The translations under genes and the position numbers were made by a program. The notes under the pieces were generated by a model. It was not told where the DNA came from and did not search any database. It worked only from the letters and a program-made list of their open reading frames with translations. Source: Candidatus Poribacteria bacterium (lineage in GTDB: Bacteria; Poribacteria; WGA-4E; PCPOR2b). From it: 64,000 bases of DNA. Positions within the stretch are counted from its first letter, which is position 1. Each line of letters starts with the position of its first letter. The DNA lies in contig OZ242351.1 in assembly GCA_965208675.1 (NCBI GenBank), positions 1,408,001 to 1,472,000 on the forward strand, written 5' to 3'. Positions 60,273 to 64,000 of this stretch are shown piece after piece.

Positions 60273-60581
60273 CCGAAAGCCGTCGTCCTGTTGGCAGCGA
60301 ACCTTCACGCCAAATTCGCAGCGTCTTTCTTTATTGCACCAACGCGTCTGTAACGCGGCCTGCGGACGTGAACATTGCCAGACCACCACCGGAAACAGCC
60401 GTCAGCGGACATTTCGATTTTGATTTGGATAATTGATTGAACGTGTGATAGAATGCGCGGAGAGCGGTTTTTAAGTGGAATTTCGATGTGTTGGCATGAA
60501 ATATGCGTGTTACTTTTGGATACTTTGAAGAATATAGTGATTACATCTTACGTTTTATTCTATCAAATTTTGGATTAAGGC

Positions 60582-62969
60582 ATGAAACGCTTTATTATAC
60601 TTTTTCCGTTTTTTATCTCTCTGATTCTGTGCATACATGGCCGTGCCGAATTGCCTCACCAGTTTCTGTTTGGGCACACAAACCGTGTGCATGCGATTGA
60701 TTTTAGCCCAGACGGGCAGTGGCTTGCCTCCGGCGGAGATGGGGAAAACGGCAATTTTGAAATATACATTTGGGATGCGGCGACGGGCGGCCACATCTAT
60801 ACGCTTAACGCGCACACCGGCCGAATAATGGACCTTGTTTTTCGGAATAATGGCAATCTTGCATCGGCTTCTGTAGATGGAAGTTTACGGTTATGGGACG
60901 TTGGCACCCAAGAAGAGATTCGCCAGTTTTATGGACAGCAGGACGGGTTGGCATCAGCGGCGTTTAGCTCTGATGGAAAATGGCTGGCTGCGGGTTCGAT
61001 TGATAAGGCGCTCAGATTATGGGAAGTCGACACTGGCCGGCTAATTTCGACTTTAGAAGGACATGGCGGTACCATCTGGTCCGTAGCATTCAGTCCTGAT
61101 GGCGAAAGGATAGCATCCGCGTCAGAAGACAGAACTGTTCGTCTTTGGGACACTCCGGACAGCGATGGAAACCTGATAAATCAAACACCGACCAATATCT
61201 TTACCGGTCATACAATGCGCGTTTGGTCTCTGGCATTTCACCCCAAGAAAAATTTGGTTGCTTCAGGGTCATGGGACCACACAGTGCGCGTTTGGGATGT
61301 CGATGCAAACAGCGAGGAAGTTGTCTTTCAGACGCCCTTCGCCATGTACAATCGGCAAGTACTTTCGATTGGCTTTAGTCCGGATGGCAGGTTGCTCGCG
61401 GTAGGGTTGAGCCAGGTCGAGAACGACAACCCGCTAAAACTGTTGGACTTCACAACGGGCGGCACACTCAGGTCGTTCGACACGAAATCGCGGCACGACT
61501 TGGAATTTAGTTCAGATGGATTTCGATTAGCCACCGCGGGAGCAGTTGATGGCACAATTATCATATGGAACTCTAGCCATTCGACCCCCACGCTTATCCA
61601 ACCGGATGACGGCGATCTCATTGAGGCGGCGCAAATTACCTTAAGTTGGGAGGCAGTAGAAGACTCGGTTTATTACGATGTTGAAATCTCCGACAATCCA
61701 GACTTTATGGAGAAGACTAAACTAATAACGGTTACAGAAAGCCAGATTGACTTTGAAGTCAACGGAGAAACACCAACCTATTGGTGGCGCGTCCGTGCGG
61801 GCAGCTTCGGACAGGTCGGCGAATGGTCTAAACCTAGGTCCTTTCGCATACAGTACGAACCACCCCTTACTTGCGATATTCGAATCCTGCCGCCGCGCCG
61901 CCAAGTAAATTTGGGGGAGGAATTTCACATAGAGGTTTTAATTTACTCGGCGCTAGATCTTGCGGGATTTCAGTTTGATCTCCAATGGACGAATCCCAAT
62001 GTTCTTAATCTAGTCACAGTTACCGAATTTAGAACTATCTTTGGAGAATTTGGGATTGGTCAAGGCGGGGTGATTGACAGGGAGATGGGAGTATACAGAG
62101 ATGTTGTTGCGACCAAACCCGGTTCAAGTGGTGTGAGCGGAAGCGGCACGCTACTAAAGGTGCTTTTCAGTGGAAAAGGCATCGGCACAAGTACCATTCA
62201 ATTGAATAATCTCAAACTTGTCAATTCAGCAGGTGAACAGATTCACTGTAATATTTTCAACTCGCAGATTGAGGTCGCAGATCCGGCACGGCCGTGGGAT
62301 GTCAATGGTGACGGCGTTGTTGATGTCTTCGATCTTAGCACGGTTGCGAAATACTTTGGAAAAGAAATCACCGTGGATTTGGGGCTGAATCCTGACGTCA
62401 ACAGTGACGGTGTCGTCGATCTGAAGGACATAGTCCTTGTTGGGAACTACATTGGTGAATCCTATCTGATGGACGGACAAGAAACCTCTGCTGCACCGCA
62501 TTTCCGCCAACCGAAGAAATTGTACATACCATCCCGCCATCGACCGACATTGCTACCAGAAACACGCAATGCGCTAGAACGTATCTACACAATTTTGCAG
62601 CACAGTCCTGATAATTCTCCACCATTTGTTCGTACAAGACAGGTAATGCGTCATCTGTTGTCATCGGTTTCACCTAGCCAAGATGTATTATATCAAAACT
62701 TCCCGAATCCGTTCAATCCGGAAACATGGATTCCTTTCCAGCTCGCCGCAGACGGGGATGTGACAATCATGATTCACGACGTCAATGGATCGCTAGTCCG
62801 TAAACTTGCGATGGGGTATGTCGAAGCAAATACGTACCTCAGGCGTACTGATGCGGCTTATTGGGACGGGCGGGACCGATGGGGTGAACCTGCCGCCAGC
62901 GGTGTATATTTCTACACAATCTCAACGCGGTCATTCAAGGCTACTCGGGCTATGACGATTGTGAAATGA
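60582..62969 (+). CDS. Secreted WD40 beta-propeller + FN3-like + cohesin + dockerin + FlgD-like Ig protein
   Basis: About seven GH..WD repeats; LAGFQFDL...GVSGSGTL cohesin; two DVNGDG/DVNSDG dockerin loops; QNFPNPFNPETWIPF...WDGR...ASGVYFY. Confidence 0.9.
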   Translation: MKRFIILFPFFISLILCIHGRAELPHQFLFGHTNRVHAIDFSPDGQWLASGGDGENGNFEIYIWDAATGGHIYTLNAHTGRIMDLVFRNNGNLASASVDGSLRLWDVGTQEEIRQFYGQQDGLASAAFSSDGKWLAAGSIDKALRLWEVDTGRLISTLEGHGGTIWSVAFSPDGERIASASEDRTVRLWDTPDSDGNLINQTPTNIFTGHTMRVWSLAFHPKKNLVASGSWDHTVRVWDVDANSEEVVFQTPFAMYNRQVLSIGFSPDGRLLAVGLSQVENDNPLKLLDFTTGGTLRSFDTKSRHDLEFSSDGFRLATAGAVDGTIIIWNSSHSTPTLIQPDDGDLIEAAQITLSWEAVEDSVYYDVEISDNPDFMEKTKLITVTESQIDFEVNGETPTYWWRVRAGSFGQVGEWSKPRSFRIQYEPPLTCDIRILPPRRQVNLGEEFHIEVLIYSALDLAGFQFDLQWTNPNVLNLVTVTEFRTIFGEFGIGQGGVIDREMGVYRDVVATKPGSSGVSGSGTLLKVLFSGKGIGTSTIQLNNLKLVNSAGEQIHCNIFNSQIEVADPARPWDVNGDGVVDVFDLSTVAKYFGKEITVDLGLNPDVNSDGVVDLKDIVLVGNYIGESYLMDGQETSAAPHFRQPKKLYIPSRHRPTLLPETRNALERIYTILQHSPDNSPPFVRTRQVMRHLLSSVSPSQDVLYQNFPNPFNPETWIPFQLAADGDVTIMIHDVNGSLVRKLAMGYVEANTYLRRTDAAYWDGRDRWGEPAASGVYFYTISTRSFKATRAMTIVK

Positions 62970-63072
62970 CTCTACTCGCGCGCTTTCGATTTGCAGGTTT
63001 GCACCTGGAAATTTATTACTTCCCCTCCATTTTAGCGGGGTCCGGCGGATTAGCGCAGCAACACAAGCCAGT

Positions 63073-64000
63073 ATGACAGGACGATGCTCCATGCATTATA
63101 GGTTACGGCGACAATCTATCAAATTTACCATATTCGCTGTTTGGCTATTGAACTTTTTGGAGTTTTGCCCTTCCCCGGCACCCGCCCAACAGACCTTCCA
63201 ATGGCGCAGCTTCACACGAATCCACGATGGACTCAGCAGCAACAATGTTCGGTCAATCGCGGAAGACGGCCTCGGACAGATTTGGCTTGCGACGAGCAGC
63301 GGTTTGAGTTGTTTCAACGGTTTCTGGCATGTAATTGAAGTTTCAATCGGCGATTCGAGCAGTAGTGATATTAATCATATTTTTAGCGATATACACGGGT
63401 TCATCTGGGTGATGACAAGCGGGGGCGTCTTTCAAGGGATGCCGCGCAATGGCGGGATGGATTGGGTACATCAATACACTACGGCTGATGGGTTAATCGA
63501 CAATTCGATTACGACAGCTGTGCGGCGCGAGAATGGCGAGATTTGGGTTGGAACGCCTTCTGGCGTCAACTGGTTCGATGGGAACAGGTGGCGAGCTGCG
63601 CCAAATGCCGAAGAAGGCAGCCTTAACAAAGGCGTACGTGTCGTCTATGAAGATAAAATGGGTAATCTGTGGTTTGGGCTTTCGCGGCCAAACCGCCCTT
63701 ACTTAGTTAGCCGTTTTGACGGCGCCGAGTGGGAGGTTTTCCGTATTGAGGACGGATTGCCGAACGGTGATGTACAGGCGATTGCAGCCGATGGATTGAA
63801 CAACATTTGGGTTGGAACGACTGAAGGGGCAGCGATTTACGACGGTACAACTTGGCAGGTTATAACGTCGCCTGAACTAATTGGCAACAATGTCCAATCC
63901 ATAAAAATTGACGGTGAAGAAACAGTGTGGATTGGCACAACAAAGGGAATCAGCCTGTTCAGCCGCGGCAGTTGGAGACATTTGACAAAAGGACACGGGT
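63073..64000 (+). CDS. Secreted two-component-regulator-propeller (Reg_prop) repeat protein, 3'-truncated
   Basis: Absent from the ORF track because it runs off the window. MTGRCSMHY...DGLSSNNVRSIAEDGLGQIWLATSSGLS.F with repeated IW.GT..G units. Alternative ATG at 63091. Confidence 0.85.
   Translation, partial: MTGRCSMHYRLRRQSIKFTIFAVWLLNFLEFCPSPAPAQQTFQWRSFTRIHDGLSSNNVRSIAEDGLGQIWLATSSGLSCFNGFWHVIEVSIGDSSSSDINHIFSDIHGFIWVMTSGGVFQGMPRNGGMDWVHQYTTADGLIDNSITTAVRRENGEIWVGTPSGVNWFDGNRWRAAPNAEEGSLNKGVRVVYEDKMGNLWFGLSRPNRPYLVSRFDGAEWEVFRIEDGLPNGDVQAIAADGLNNIWVGTTEGAAIYDGTTWQVITSPELIGNNVQSIKIDGEETVWIGTTKGISLFSRGSWRHLTKGHG

Noticed and set aside
1104-63338. The many 60-170 aa ORFs overlapping or antisense to confident genes
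   Set aside because: They are shadow ORFs without RBS or recognisable motifs, lying within well-supported coding regions.

Overview
This is a gene-dense bacterial chromosomal segment. It most likely comes from Candidatus Poribacteria or a relative; that is an inference from the LamG protein ending in LAVxPxGKLAxTWGxLK, the QNFPNPFNPETWIPF FlgD-like C-terminal domain, the WD40/cohesin/dockerin, TPR, NHL and PhyH proteins, and the GTAG-type REPs. It holds about 50 genes, mostly housekeeping or metabolic: EF-G paralog, radC, ilvD, hppA, folC, glyA, murJ, pdxH, two leuB-family genes, gltX, PPi-type pfk, map, miaB, era and bioB. Both ends cut through genes. I found no rRNA, tRNA, CRISPR array, integrase or transposase. 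Five things stand out. (1) A selenocysteine peroxiredoxin (BCP/PrxQ, 57073..56612) that the ORF track misses, with in-frame TGA at the peroxidatic site and a SECIS-like hairpin. (2) A ~2.7 kb islet (32188..34905) with a consensus promoter immediately followed by a terminator, a phage small-terminase-like gene coupled to a 340-aa ORFan, a decayed copy of the first gene, a REP cluster and 9-bp flanking direct repeats. (3) A DnaA paralog with no domain I, no arginine finger and an altered DnaA-box reading helix. (4) An EF-G paralog with Ala in place of the catalytic His. (5) Several GTAG-REP families, some with expanded loops. All calls come from visual motif recognition; no database search was run.
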